Shown: in pieces, positions 37,001-49,045 of the stretch
Numbering within the stretch: the first letter of the stretch is position 1
How the letters are laid out: the number at the start of each line of letters is the position of its first letter
NCBI GenBank assembly: GCA_002269645.1
Contig: NIVC01000342.1
Coordinates: forward strand, 307,090-371,089
Direction of reading: 5' to 3'
Length of the DNA stretch: 64,000 nt
Source: Macrostomum lignano
Taxonomy: Eukaryota
Translations under genes and position numbers: made by a program
The notes under the pieces: model-generated
Databases searched by the model: none
Seen by the model: only the letters and a program-made list of their open reading frames with translations
What the model was told of the DNA's origin: nothing

Positions 37001-40000
37001 GGTGCTAAAGCCCCTTGGTGCTAAAGTCCCTTGGTTCTGGCGCCCCTTGGTGCTAAAGTCCCTTGGTTCTGGCGCCCCTTGGTGCTAAAGCCCATTGGTG
37101 CTAAAGTCCCTTGGTGCTAAAGTCCCTTGGTGCTAAAGTCCCTTGGTTCTGGCGCCCCATGGTGCTAAAGCCCCTTGGTGCTAAAGTCCCTTCGTGCTAA
37201 AGTCCCTTCGTGCTAAAGTCCCTTGTTTCTGGCGCCCCTTGGTGCTAAAGCCCCTTGGTGCTAAAGCCCTTGGTTCTGGCGCCCCTTGGTGCTGGCTAAA
37301 GCCCCTTGATGCTAAAGCCCTTTGGTGCTTTTAACTCCTAGATTAGATTATTAATCTAATCTAATCTAATTTAATCTAGATAAATATATAGGCTATAGAT
37401 CTAGGCTAAACCCTTTGATGCTAAAGCCCCTTGGTGCTGCAGGTTGACAGTCAGTCGCCTTTATTGCGTCAGTTACCCAAAGCTTAAAATGTTGTTACAA
37501 GTAGCCAAGTAGATTTGAAATTGAAATTAAAATAAATTTACAACGCAGATCGCCAGCCTTGCTGCCGCCGAAGTTGCTGCCGATATTCGTCGCTGCTCCC
37601 TAGACAGTCTGGCCGCCGTCTGCGACTCCGTTGGCGAATCGGCCGCCAAAGTGCGAGCGGCAAACTTTGCCCGCCTTCGCGACCTGCCAGCCCGTCTGGC
37701 ATCGGCGCCAGGCGTCTTGTCGGATCCGACGCTGGCGGGACCCGCGCTGCGCCTCCTGTTGGCCTGGTGCCGCACCTTCCGCCATCTGCTCGGTCCGCAG
37801 CAGCTGGCGCCCGTGCTGGACTCCGTTATGCAGCTGCAGGCCGCAGATTTGCGCTGGCTAGATTTGGCTCTGGATCTGCTTGCGCTGGTTGCTATGGAAA
37901 CTAGGAAACCATTTCGCGAGATGGCGCCGCAGGTGAACTTTTTGCCTACATTTATGCAGTATCATATAGAGTAGCGGAATGAATGAAAACAGGGAAATAG
38001 CGGAATGAATGAAGACAGGGAGTAGCGGAATGAATGAAGACAGGGAGTAGCGGAATGAATGAAGACAGGGAGTAGCGGAATGAATGAAGACAGGGAGTAG
38101 CGGAATGAATGAAGACAGGGAGTAGCGGAATGAAGACAGGGAGTAGCGGAATGAATGAAGACAGGGAGTAGCGGAATGAATGAAGACAGGGAGTAGCGGA
38201 ATGAATGAAGACAGACAGTAGCGGAATGAATGAATACAGGGAGTAGCAGAATGAATGAAGACAGACAGTAGTGGAATGAATGAAGACAGACAGTAGCGGA
38301 ATAAATAAAGACAGACAGTAGCGAAATGAATGAAGACAGACAGTAGTGGAATGAATGAAGACAGACAGTAGCGAAATGAATGAAGACAGGGAGTAGCGGA
38401 ATGAATGAAGACAGGGAGTAGCGGAATGAATAAAGACAGGGAGTAGCGGAATGAATGAAGACAGGGAGTAGCGGAATGAAGACAGGGAGTAGCGGAATGA
38501 ATGAAGACAGGGAGTAGCGGAATGAAGACAGGGAGTAGCGGAATGAATGAAGACAGGGAGTAGCGGAATGAATGAAGACAGGGAGTAGCGGAATGAAGAC
38601 AGGGAGTAGCGGAATGAATGAAGACAGGGAGTAGCGGAATGAATGAAGACAGACAGTAGCGGAATGAATGAATACAGGGAGTAGCAGAATGAATGAAGAC
38701 AGACAGTAGTGGAATGAATGAAGACAGACAGTAGCGGAATGAATGAAGACAGACAGTAGCGGAATAAATAAAGACAGACAGTAGCGAAATGAATGAAGAC
38801 AGACAGTAGCGGAATGAATGAAGACAGACAGTAGCGAAATGAATGAAGACAGGGAGTAGCGGAATGAATGAAGACAGGGAGTAGCGGAATGAATGAAGAC
38901 AGGGAGTAGCGGAATGAATGAAGACAGACAGTAGCGGAATGAATGAAGACAGACAGTAGCGGAATGAATGAAGACGGACAGTAGCGGAATGAATGAAGAC
39001 AGGCAGTAGCGGAATGAATGAAGACAGACAGTAGCGGAATGAATGAAGACAGGGAGTAGCGGAATGAACGAAGACAGGGAGTAGCGGAATGAATGAAGAC
39101 AGGGAGTAGCGGAATGAAGACAGGGAGTAGCGGAATGAATGAAGACAGGGAGTAGCGGAATGAATGAAGACAGACAGTAGCGGAATGAATGAAGACAGAC
39201 AGTAGCAGAATGAATGAAGACAGACAGTAGCGGAATGAATGAAGACAGACAGTAGCGGAATGAATGAAGACAGACAGTAGCGGAATGAATAAAGACAGAC
39301 AGTAGCGAAATGAATGAAGACAGACAGTAGCGAAATGAATGAAGACAGACAGTAGCGAAATGAATGAAGACAGACAGTAGCGGAATGAATGAAGACAGAC
39401 AGTAGCGGAATGAATGAAGACAGACAGTAGTGGAATGAATGAAGACAGACAGTAGCGGAATGAATGAAGACAGACAGTAGCGGAATGAATGAAGACAGAC
39501 AGTAGCGGAATGAATGAAGACAGACAGTAGCGGAATGAATGAAGACAGACAGTAGCGGAATGAATGAAGACAGACAGTAGCGGAATGAATGAAGACAGAC
39601 AGTAGCGGAATGAATGAAGACAGACAGTAGCGGAATGAATGAAGACAGACAGTAGCGGAATGAATGAAGACAGACAGTAGCGGAATGAATGAAGACAGGG
39701 AGTAGCAAATAAACATACGGAGTATTTAGGATGTATCGGAAAAATTGAATCCATTCATGCTGGTGAAAGAGCGAATTAAAAGCAGAGATTAATGAGTCAA
39801 GCCGTTATTTCTCTCAGGTGATCCGCGCGGCCCTCGGCCCGATGCGCCAGGCGGCCTGGTCCAGCGGCGATCCGGACCTGCGCTGCAAGCTGCTCAGCCT
39901 GGCGCACGACTGTCTGCTGTCACACTGGCCGCTGTTCTTCCAGCTGGAGGCGTCTGGCACGGCCGGAGGATCAACGCTGGCTTCGCGGCGCCTGCTGCAG

Positions 40001-40220
40001 CTGCAGCGGGCTGAGGGTGGCGAGGTTTGTGTTGATATTGTGGCTGACCTAAGCTACTTGTATCTATCTAGCTAGCTATCTGTCTGCCTGTCTGTCTGTC
40101 TGCCTGCCTGCCTGCCTGCCTGTCTGTCTGTCTGTCTGTCTGTCTGCCTGTCTGTCTGTCTGTCTGCCTGCCTGTCTGTCTGTCTGTCTGTCTGTCTGTC
40201 TTTCTGTTTGTCTGTCTGCC

Positions 40221-40261
<41 letters not shown>

Positions 40262-40280
40262 TTCTGTTTGTCTGTCTGCC

Positions 40281-40353
<73 letters not shown>

Positions 40354-40376
40354 GCCTGTCTGTCTGTCTGCCTGCC

Positions 40377-40409
<33 letters not shown>

Positions 40410-40428
40410 TTCTGTTTGTCTGTCTGCC

Positions 40429-40473
<45 letters not shown>

Positions 40474-40492
40474 TTCTGTTTGTCTGTCTGCC

Positions 40493-40529
<37 letters not shown>

Positions 40530-41379
40530 TTGTGTAAAATTTAAAATCCTCTTGTACTGCAGTACAAGCTTACAAAGAATACAAGAAATAATTGTTAGAC
40601 TTCTTCGCTTGATAGTTTAATAATGAGGTAGCCATGCTCCAGTTTTATATGCGGCATCTTAACTTGATAGAAAATCAGTATTCGCAGTGAGGCTGCGCGC
40701 TGACGGCAGTTCTGCACATCCCGCTGACTCCTGAGCACACACAAGCGCGCCAATACTGTACGCAGGCACGCACTTGTACACGCGCTCACACAGGGTGTAC
40801 CTGAATGATTCTTTGACTTTCTAATCGTCTGGCATGTACACCCTTTGTGCCATGGAGGTTGGCCCTCATGGGTGTGAATCGCATGTACTGACACTTTCTT
40901 GTGCAATTTTTGTATTTCTGCAGCAGCAGCAGCAGGAGCAGTCAGCCAGCGAGCCGCCGCCGCCCGAGGAGCTGTTCGGCCTGCTGGACTGCCTGTGCGC
41001 CGGCCTGTCCGATCCGCACCCGGCCACCTGCCAGCTGGCGCTCGGCCTGTTCCGATCGCTGCGCGAGCGCCGTCGCCTGCACGACCGGCCGGCTGTCCGC
41101 CAGCGCCTGCTGCCGCGCCTGGCCCGCCTGCTGATCGACGCTCTGCTTGACGGCGGCCACGACCGGCTTCGGGACCAGCTGGCCGCCGAGCTCTGGGCAG
41201 TCGGCCGGACGTCGCCCGACTCGCTGCTATTGACAGACGGCGACGCCGCCGTTCGACTTGGCGATGCGCCTCGGCGTTTGATTGACGAGTGCGGCGAGGA
41301 TTGCGATTTGTTCTGCGCCCGCCTGGCCGCTCTGATTGTGTCCGCGTCTGCCACCGCCGCTGCCGCCGCTGGGAACTGA
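31009..41379 (+). CDS. XPO6: Exportin-6 (divergent), 9 exons, ~998 aa
   Basis: Exons 31009-31338, 31571-31828, 32664-33227, 34238-34432, 35519-35897, 36035-36258, 37549-37932, 39818-40024, 40924-41379; frame continuous. Motifs as recalled for XPO6: [18 protein letters not shown] (MASEEASLRALESLMTEFF), [15 protein letters not shown] (FIRNKLCKVIVDIGR), [15 protein letters not shown] (IQFRYNQAQLEELDD), KLHCALRDL (RLHCSLRDL), LLSHWPLFF (LHHNWRYFF), HDRLRDQL (HDLLQEEI). Confidence 0.85.
31838..32610. repeat. 28-bp minisatellite in XPO6 intron 2
   Basis: CCCAGATCCTCAGTTGCTGAGCCAGCCT with a gradient of variants. Confidence 0.96.
33262..34095. repeat. 20-bp minisatellite in XPO6 intron 3
   Basis: GGGGATTTCTTCATGTTTGT. 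Confidence 0.96.
34655..35495. repeat. 21-bp then 19-bp minisatellites in XPO6 intron 4
   Basis: TTAGATTATTCTGCAGTCTGA (~34660-35220) then TTAGATCATTAGAAAGTCA (~35221-35494). Confidence 0.95.
36365..37325. repeat. 16-bp two-variant minisatellite in XPO6 intron 6
   Basis: TTGGTTCTGGCGCCCC and TTGGTGCTAAAG(C/T)CCC interleaved. Confidence 0.95.
37970..39707. repeat. 25-bp minisatellite (~70 copies) in XPO6 intron 7
   Basis: GTAGCGGAATGAATGAAGACAG(ACA/GGA); source of the three ~600-aa antisense ORFs. Confidence 0.97.
40080..40530. repeat. (GTCT)n microsatellite in XPO6 intron 8
   Basis: Read directly. Confidence 0.97.
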
Positions 41380-41419
41380 TTCCAATTCATAGCTGAAAGC
41401 CGGGTGTCAATGTCCGGGC

Positions 41420-41545
41420 AGAGAGACGGACGGACAGACAGACAGACAGATCGATGGACAGACAGACAGACCGATGGACAGACAGACAGACAGACACACA
41501 GACAGACAGACAGACAGACAGACGACAGACAGACAGACAGACATG

Positions 41546-41641
<96 letters not shown>

Positions 41642-41642
41642 A

Positions 41643-41702
<60 letters not shown>

Positions 41703-41715
41703 GGACAGACAGACT

Positions 41716-41755
<40 letters not shown>

Positions 41756-41960
41756 GGAAGACAGACAGGCAGACAGACAGGAAGATCAGCAGACAAACAC
41801 TAAGACAGACAGGCAGACAGACAGGAAGATCAGCAGACAAACACTAAGACAGACAGACAGACAGACAGATAGACAAACACTAAGACAGACAGACAGACAG
41901 ACAGGAAGACAGACAGACAGGAAGATCAGCAGACAAACACTAAGACAGACAGACAGCCAA
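41420..41960. repeat. (GACA)n microsatellite just 3' of the XPO6 stop codon
   Basis: Read directly; opposite orientation to the intron-8 array. Confidence 0.97.
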
Positions 41961-43000
41961 AAGGATATAGATTTGAATAGTCAGAATTTCTCGCTACCGG
42001 TACAAATGCCCATCACAGCTGAGCGGATTATGCAATGAATTGCTGCTACAGAAGTGAGGGACATTTTTATGTCGCACCGACATTTGGATTGCATTTATTC
42101 CGTTCAGAAAATTATTTCTCTCTGTTGGTCTTCTGATTGGAAGTCGGCTGTTTTATTGCTGCCTCTGGAAAAGTTCAACTGCAATGTAAATATAGAGTTT
42201 TGCTTGCTTAGTGCCTTCTGCAACTAAATTTGGGTGCCGCATGCGCCAATCAATTCGATTGGCAAATCCTTGTAATTTGCTCTTCTAACAGAAGGTTTCC
42301 TGTGGGCTTTCTATTAGGTTTTGTACTGATTCAGTTTATTTTTGTCTACCTAATTCTGTCGTACTATTTTACTTTCATGGAAAACAAGAGTTTAAAAACG
42401 TGCCGTTTCCATGGATATCTATATGGCAGCGCCACGTTAATGGATTGTCAGCCCCAGATTCGTGTCTTTCTGCTGATAATAAATTATTTTATGAGATAAT
42501 TTGTCTAATAGTCATTGATTTTACTATGAATAAGGATGCTCATATGCATCAATTTCAGCAGTTGAATAAGCTTAGTGCAAATATTTGAATATGACTACCG
42601 TATCAGTTGCGATAGTTCATCCCATCCGAGACTTGCTAATTCGTGTACTTTGAATGTTTATATGCCTGTACTGATGGATAATTGGTCACACTTTAGTGTA
42701 ATGCTTTTTTCATGGCTCTCGCTTTAAACAAAAAAAAGTTGCCGCAGTTAATACTGTACCGCGATGGTTACGAGCTAAAATATACTTTGCTTTTGATACT
42801 GATGTACTCTAGTTTAAAAGTAATTTTAGATGTATTTGCCTTTATTATTCATTGCATCACTTTCTATATTTGGAATTTAATAATATCATTGTACGACATA
42901 ACTGCATCCATTCTTTTGTAGTTTATCAGTGGGTCGTTAGTCACTGCAGGTTAGCTTTTTATTAACGTTTCATTAGCCAGGTTTCATTTATCCTTGATGG

Positions 43001-44975
43001 TTAAGTTTCTGTCTTCACCGTATCCACTGATTCCTCCCGCATGGTGAACACTCTGTCATCAGACGGTTCAGCTGGAGCCGCCTTTCTTGAGCGTAGGGCG
43101 GCCGCCCTGGCCACGCAGAACAGAAAGTCAAAAAACTCCGCCACCAGAGTGAACGTGATGCCAACGTAGATGGACATGATGCCACCAACCGAGGAGATCA
43201 GATTTGACACGGTTGTCAGCTCAACCTCCTCGTTAATGGTAACGTAGCTGTTCTCGCGGTAGACGTTAACACTCCGCATTATGCTACTGTACTCGTTGAA
43301 CTCGTACGTTGGATTTTCTATGTAGGATTCATTTTCAGCGTGCTGCAGGTAGTCCAGTGTGCCTTTCCGATTAAACAGCAGCTTGTGGATAGCCCATTGC
43401 CACTGGAAGTCGTTAATGAGCCAGGGAGAATATGAGAAGGACGTGCCGTAGTGCGTCTCCTCGCAGTTAGGCAGATTGCACCCCGAGCGGAGCTCTTCCG
43501 AGTTGAGAGCTCCCTGGCGCACCTGTACGTAGTTGTGCAGCTTGGCCAGCATATCTAAGTAATGATTCGACTCGGGTATTTTTAGGCATCCAAGCCGGTT
43601 GAAGGCAAACGGGTCGTCAGTGCAGTTGAGTCGCTTGTTAAGCCACTTTTCCACGATGCTGTCGGAGCAGTCCTCCGGCGTGTGCCGGTAGGTTCCAAGC
43701 CAACCGTGTGATATCTGGGCGTTCTTTAGGCACTGCCTATAGCTGTACTCATTAGTGCTAAATCGCACGGCCGTGATCCCGCCGGGTTGGACCGTAATGC
43801 CTCGCTGCGCCACCAGGTTCAACGGGTACACGCTACGGTCGTGCAGCGCTACTACGAATTCGGTCGGTGTTGACATGCTTTCCGCTAGGAAGCCGCGATA
43901 ATTTTGCGAAATTGAATCAATAGACGTGTTGAAGATGTGACTAGACATTGCCAAATCAATGCGGAGAGCCTGCAATTCCTTCATAGACTGGTCCGATATG
44001 TTCAGGTGCAGGGAGTGGCACAGAGAGAACTCCGGATGGTAGAACTTTGTGATGATAATCGAATCAGATGTCTCTACCGGCCTGTTTGGTCCTTGAAAAA
44101 AGTTTTGAATGAAAATTATTAATAGCACGAGCAGTTAATTTGCAGCGGGGGCTTTAGAATCAAAGCGACAGTAGTCCCGCAGCCAGGGAGGCGGTATGCC
44201 GGTATTCTCATTCTGCTGACCCATGCACACGTATTAACGCAGACATACACTCACACGGGGTGCACAGCGGCTGACTTTCTCATGTGCACGGGCCTAAAAA
44301 TTATTGTGGCCGGTCAGTGCGCACGGAATCGAACCTTATTTTTGGCGCACCACCTACTTTGCCCTTAAATCGTTCATCATTCTATTAGATAAAAATCTCG
44401 AAAAAAGTCTTACCTGGAGGTTTGCCACGAATCCGTTGAAACACGTTAAGAATCTCGAAGTTTTTGTGCACTGTTTCCATGCTGCCGTTATTAAAGACTA
44501 AGTTGATAAGTACGGCAACATCCTTTAGGTCAACGGTATAATCTGTCATGCTCTCTTGGGGCAACTGAGCGTAGTAGCCGTGCAATTTGTCCAAATCAAG
44601 CAGTATCTCCTTTTCTCTCATACTAACAGCCTGTCTGGCAAGGTCTCTTATCCTAGCGCTGTAGTTAGCGATGGTAATGTGGCCCTTGTTCGCGTGCGGC
44701 TTCAGCATGTTCCGATTGCACAGCGTTATTGAGGGGAAGCTGCTCACCTGACCGAAGTTGCTACGCGACCGGAGCATTGATATGTCCTTCAGCGACAGAT
44801 AGTTCTGGATGACAAAATAGCCCTGGGTTAGCATGGCCGCCGCAGAGCAGAGCAGGAAGCTGATCCAGAACACCCGCTGAACAATCGTCGGCGATGAGAC
44901 GGTCCGCTTCAGGCCGCGGACCGAAGAGGCCTCGATAAACGTTCTCCACTCGGCCGATACCGCAGATTCAGGCAT
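43001..44975 (-). CDS. DEG/ENaC (amiloride-sensitive sodium channel) family protein, 2 exons, ~550 aa
   Basis: Exons 44975-44414 and 44091-43001. TM1 RVFWISFLLCSAAAMLTQGYFVIQNYL; post-TM1 FPSITLCNRN; VALHDRSVYP...GITVQPG; Cys-rich thumb; TM2 SNLISSVGGIMSIYVGITFTLVAEFF. Confidence 0.9.
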
Positions 44976-46056
44976 TGTTTCTGGTGTTCATGCAAGCCGG
45001 CTCGAAGCAGAATTACGAGTGCCAGATGCCAGCTATAGAAAATATGCTGCGTGACTTGATTCTCTTTTTTATTCTTTTTTATTCTCTTCCAAGCCGAATC
45101 CTTGCTGTCAGGGGCAACGGTCCGGTATTGAACTACAAAGCTGTGTGAGTTTGATTGTCAATTAGTGCAGTTATATAGCACGCATTATAGGCAATGGACA
45201 GACAGGTAGGAGAGTGCTTGTGCACGCGCAGAACTGCGGGCTGGGAATTTTACTCTCGTATGTTTGTTCTCTGCCCACCTTCATCCACCTTCCTCTTTTT
45301 TTCCTGTACTCAATTCTCTTTCCACATTTCAATGTGTATCGTCCTTACTACTTCAGTAGTTAATTTGTTAAAACCATCCCCCTGACAGCGGCATACGAGC
45401 GGGCACTGTTTTTGAACATCCGGTAATCTTCCACCATTAATCAGTCGCTTGGTTTCAGTCTATCGCACTGGGTGGGTCAGTGTGGTAGCTGAAGCTTTGG
45501 TTTTGGCCTACCCAAACCAGCCCATTGTCCGATCCGTCTCTCAGGCCTAATAGAATACATAGCGCCTCATATAGAAATAGTCAATTTTAAAGCTGGTATC
45601 TGGAAAGGCTTGTGTGCATGGATAGATTGATTAATTGGGTTTCCAGGAAATGCCAATTGCCGAAAAAAGCGTGTTGACAATGCAACTGTTAGCTTTGACA
45701 AAATCGTTTCAAAGTAGGCCTAAAATGAAGGAGTCCCGGCCCTGTACTGCAAACTCAGAGGCTTTCAAGACTGTAAGAGTTTGACTGCAAACAAGCTAAG
45801 CTACTCTAAAAGTGCTCTAAGGAATTAAAAGCTGCCCTGGCAATTGCTAAATATCGATTCAAAAGGCTCGCAACAGGTTTGAATTTACAAAGCTGTGAAT
45901 TGTCCGCTTAGTACTCTTGCTGACAAAAAGTATACCAGTGTGTCTATTGTTTGTTTGCTTACGTATGCATAAAGAGTAATATGCTGCTTCAGACGGAATG
46001 CGGTCAAGGTGCAGTTAGGTAAGAGAAGTGCAATTAGCTTATCATATTTTTTATCA

Positions 46057-46615
46057 GGTGCGTAGCCAGTGTGGCCGTTGGTGCACTCACTACTTGACAG
46101 CGACTTGCACCTCCGATCCAAGCCCATCCTGCTCAGCTGCACCACCCTCTCTCCACTCCACTCCTCCCGATTGCCTGCCCAAGCACCTTGACCTGACTCT
46201 GCCCATTCGTCACTCAACACCACCTTCAACCGTAGCCTTCAGCACTCCATCACTTCTCGTAACATGCGAGAAGTCTCCACAAAGTCTTCCACCTCCGTTC
46301 CGAAGATTATTGTCAATTCCTTTTTAATCCAGCCGTTAGTCTTCTCCTTCCAGGAAATGCCCAGAAGCATTCTGTAGATCTTCATCTCGAAAGCTCTCAG
46401 TTTTTTTTCATTTTTCTTCTTTACTGTCCAGCTCTTAGACGCAGAAAAAAAAGTTGCCATGACTACTGATCTCATCAGCAAGCATTTTATTTTTACATAT
46501 GGATTTTTTGCCCAAAAAGATGTTGTCCAGTTTCTCCAGCGTACTTGTTATACTCTTCCAATCCGTATCCGAATCTCCATGCCTGACTTTCCATTGTCTT
46601 CTATTCTCGATTCAC
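46057..46615 (-). mobile_element. RTE-like LINE 3' fragment, degenerate
   Basis: RSVVMATFFSASKSWTVKKKNEKKLRAFEMKIYRMLLGISWKEKTNGWI and W.GNREEWSG...DRR, typical of the RTE ORF C-terminus. Confidence 0.75.
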
Positions 46616-47165
46616 TTGTGTGAATACCGTGCAAAGACCAGTTTGCTAGCATCCAATTCTTGCTAATCGATACGCCTTGTTTACTTTGCTTTTTCCTTCC
46701 TTTTTTGAGGGTTTGCTACTTACAAGTAGGGTAGCGCAGCGTAGAAGCATGTTTATGTTGGCATTTAATAAAATGCATATTTAAAAAGGCTATTGATTGA
46801 ATCAGGTTATTAAAAAATAGTTTTTTTTAATTTTATTAGTTAGTTTTTTCTAGTCAGACTTCAGCTTCAGTTGAAATTTGAATGTGTTTGACTGCAGAGA
46901 TTTTGTTTCATTTTAATAAAATCACTAGGAATGAAAGGCAGATGAAAAAATGGAAAAATAAAGCTTGTTTTCTCATCCCTTAATTACGCTCGTCCTTTTT
47001 CTCTAACTGATTTTCCCGCTGGTAAACATAATTTATAGGTAGAAAGCATCAAAATATCGATACTGCTAGAATCATGTGAGTACTGATTTCAAAGAATTGA
47101 GTCCTTAGCTGCACAAGTTTGAATATTTCGAGACGCTTGTGAAAATGATTGCACCTGCCGTAATG

Positions 47166-47364
47166 GGCAGATGTGCAACCGACAGCTCAGCCGCAGCTAT
47201 TGCGCGGCGCATCTGAAGGCTGCGTACGGCTGTTCAGTCCAAGGACTGGGGGGGTCGCCACACACAGCCTCATTTACCCCAGCTAATTTTACAGCTGTGC
47301 AATGCAGAGTTAAGTGTCCTGCTCAAAGAAACATATTGTTCCGAGTGGGTCGAGAATCGAACCC
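47166..47364 (-). mobile_element. CORE-like SINE copy 2, 5'-truncated at the B box
   Basis: Shares the 3' tail (GGCGACCCCC...GCAGCCTTCAGATGCG...GCTGAGCTGTCGGTTGCAC) with the 58.1-kb copy. Confidence 0.75.
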
Positions 47365-47659
47365 TGGCCTACTCGCTACTGCTGGAATCATGTGAACTGG
47401 GATCATTTTGCTTCTCCTAGATGTAAGAGTTCAATGCATGATTTGGCAGTTGCACGAAGAAGTATCGAAAGCCACAGTGGGCGAAACGATGCTATTTATT
47501 TAATATTTAGTCGACTACTGCATTGCGTGGGGTGGTGGTAGTAAATGTACACTTGCTTACTACGAGTACAGATAAGTGGGCGAGAGTGAGAGAGAGAGCC
47601 GGCTGACGCGCGGGGCCGGAAAATGGGGTGGGCGCTCTATAGCAAATCAATGGCTCACA

Positions 47660-48310
47660 CTAGAATCATGTGAACTGGGATCAGTTTGCTTCTCCTAGAA
47701 TCATGTGAACTGGGATCATTTTGCTACTGCTAGAATCATGTGAACTGGGATCATTTTGCTACTTCTAGAATCATGTGAACTGGGATCATTTTGCTACTGC
47801 TAGAATCATGTGAACTGGGATCATTTTGCTACTGCTAGAATCATGTGAACTGGGATCATTTTGCTACTGCTAGAATCATGTGAACTGGGATCATTTTGCT
47901 ACTTCTAGAATCATGTGAACTGGGATCATTTTGCTACTCCTAGAATCATGTGAACTGGGATCATTTTGCTACTGCTAGAATCATGTGAACTGGGATCATT
48001 TTGCTACTGCTAGAATCATGTGAACTGGGATCATTTTGCTACTGCTAGAATCATGTGAACTGGGATCATTTTGCTACTGCTAGAATCATGTGAACTGGGA
48101 TCATTTTGCTACTGCTAGAATCATGTGAACTGGGATCATTTTGCTACTGCTAGAATCATGTGAACTGGGATCATTTTGCTACTTCTAGAATCATGTGAAC
48201 TGGGATCATTTTGCTACTGCTAGAATCATGTGAACTGGGATCATTTTGCTACTGCTAGAATCATGTGAACTGGGATCATTTTGCTACTTCTAGAATCATG
48301 TGAACTGGGA
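47660..48310. repeat. 35-bp homogeneous minisatellite (~18.5 copies)
   Basis: CTAGAATCATGTGAACTGGGATCATTTTGCTACT(G/T); stray units at ~47067 and 47375-47420; no spacers. Confidence 0.97.
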
Positions 48311-49045
48311 TAATTTCACTAGAACCTTGTGAACCGCTAACAATTGTGTTCTCCGTGAGTGAGTGATTGAGTGAGTGATTGAGTGAGAACAGGTACTGCA
48401 GCTCTCAGGTACCACTGCAAATCCTATCAAACTACAAGTAGGATACTACAGCTTGGCATCGTGTCATTGGCTCTCAGGTTTTCCTCTTGCTTTGGTTAGC
48501 AGAAAGGAAGGGCATAAGAGTCCAGTCGCCAGCTACGGACTTGCATGACAAAAACTGCCCAGCTATCAATCCTAAAATTTCATGTACGCTCGTATTAAAC
48601 TGCACTGTCACTACAACTTTGGTGAGCAAAAAATGCGTGCTTTTTCATCAATTTTTTTTAGTCAGCGATGGACAGTTTATGTTTAAATTGCTCACTCTTG
48701 AAACTCGTTAACCCCCAAGTTTTCAGTGGAGATGAAATCTTTAAGGCAAATCAATAAGTCCATTAAAGTCTTTATTAATACCAGCCTTCTCGTAATACGT
48801 CTCGTAACAGGAATATCGCTCTCTTAGTGCTGCAAACGTCCCTACGAGGGCACTAAATTTATAAGTGCAAAAGGTCTTGTGTAGTCATTACTGTTGGGTT
48901 CTCGAGACTAACCTGCTTAGCCATCCCTGATATCCATGATGCCTTTCCAGCCCTAAGAGGTTTGTTTAAATACAACTGCTCATTTTATACAAACACATTT
49001 ATTCTAGATCTCTTCCATAGCAACGCTCCACCCGAGCTAGCGACA

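Noticed and set aside
37858-39754. Three ~600-aa minus-strand ORFs
   Set aside because: Artefact of a stop-free 25-bp repeat read in all three frames, antisense within XPO6 intron 7.
47660-48310. 35-bp repeat array as a CRISPR locus
   Set aside because: Units are directly adjacent with no unique spacers, there are no cas genes, and the context is eukaryotic; it is a minisatellite.
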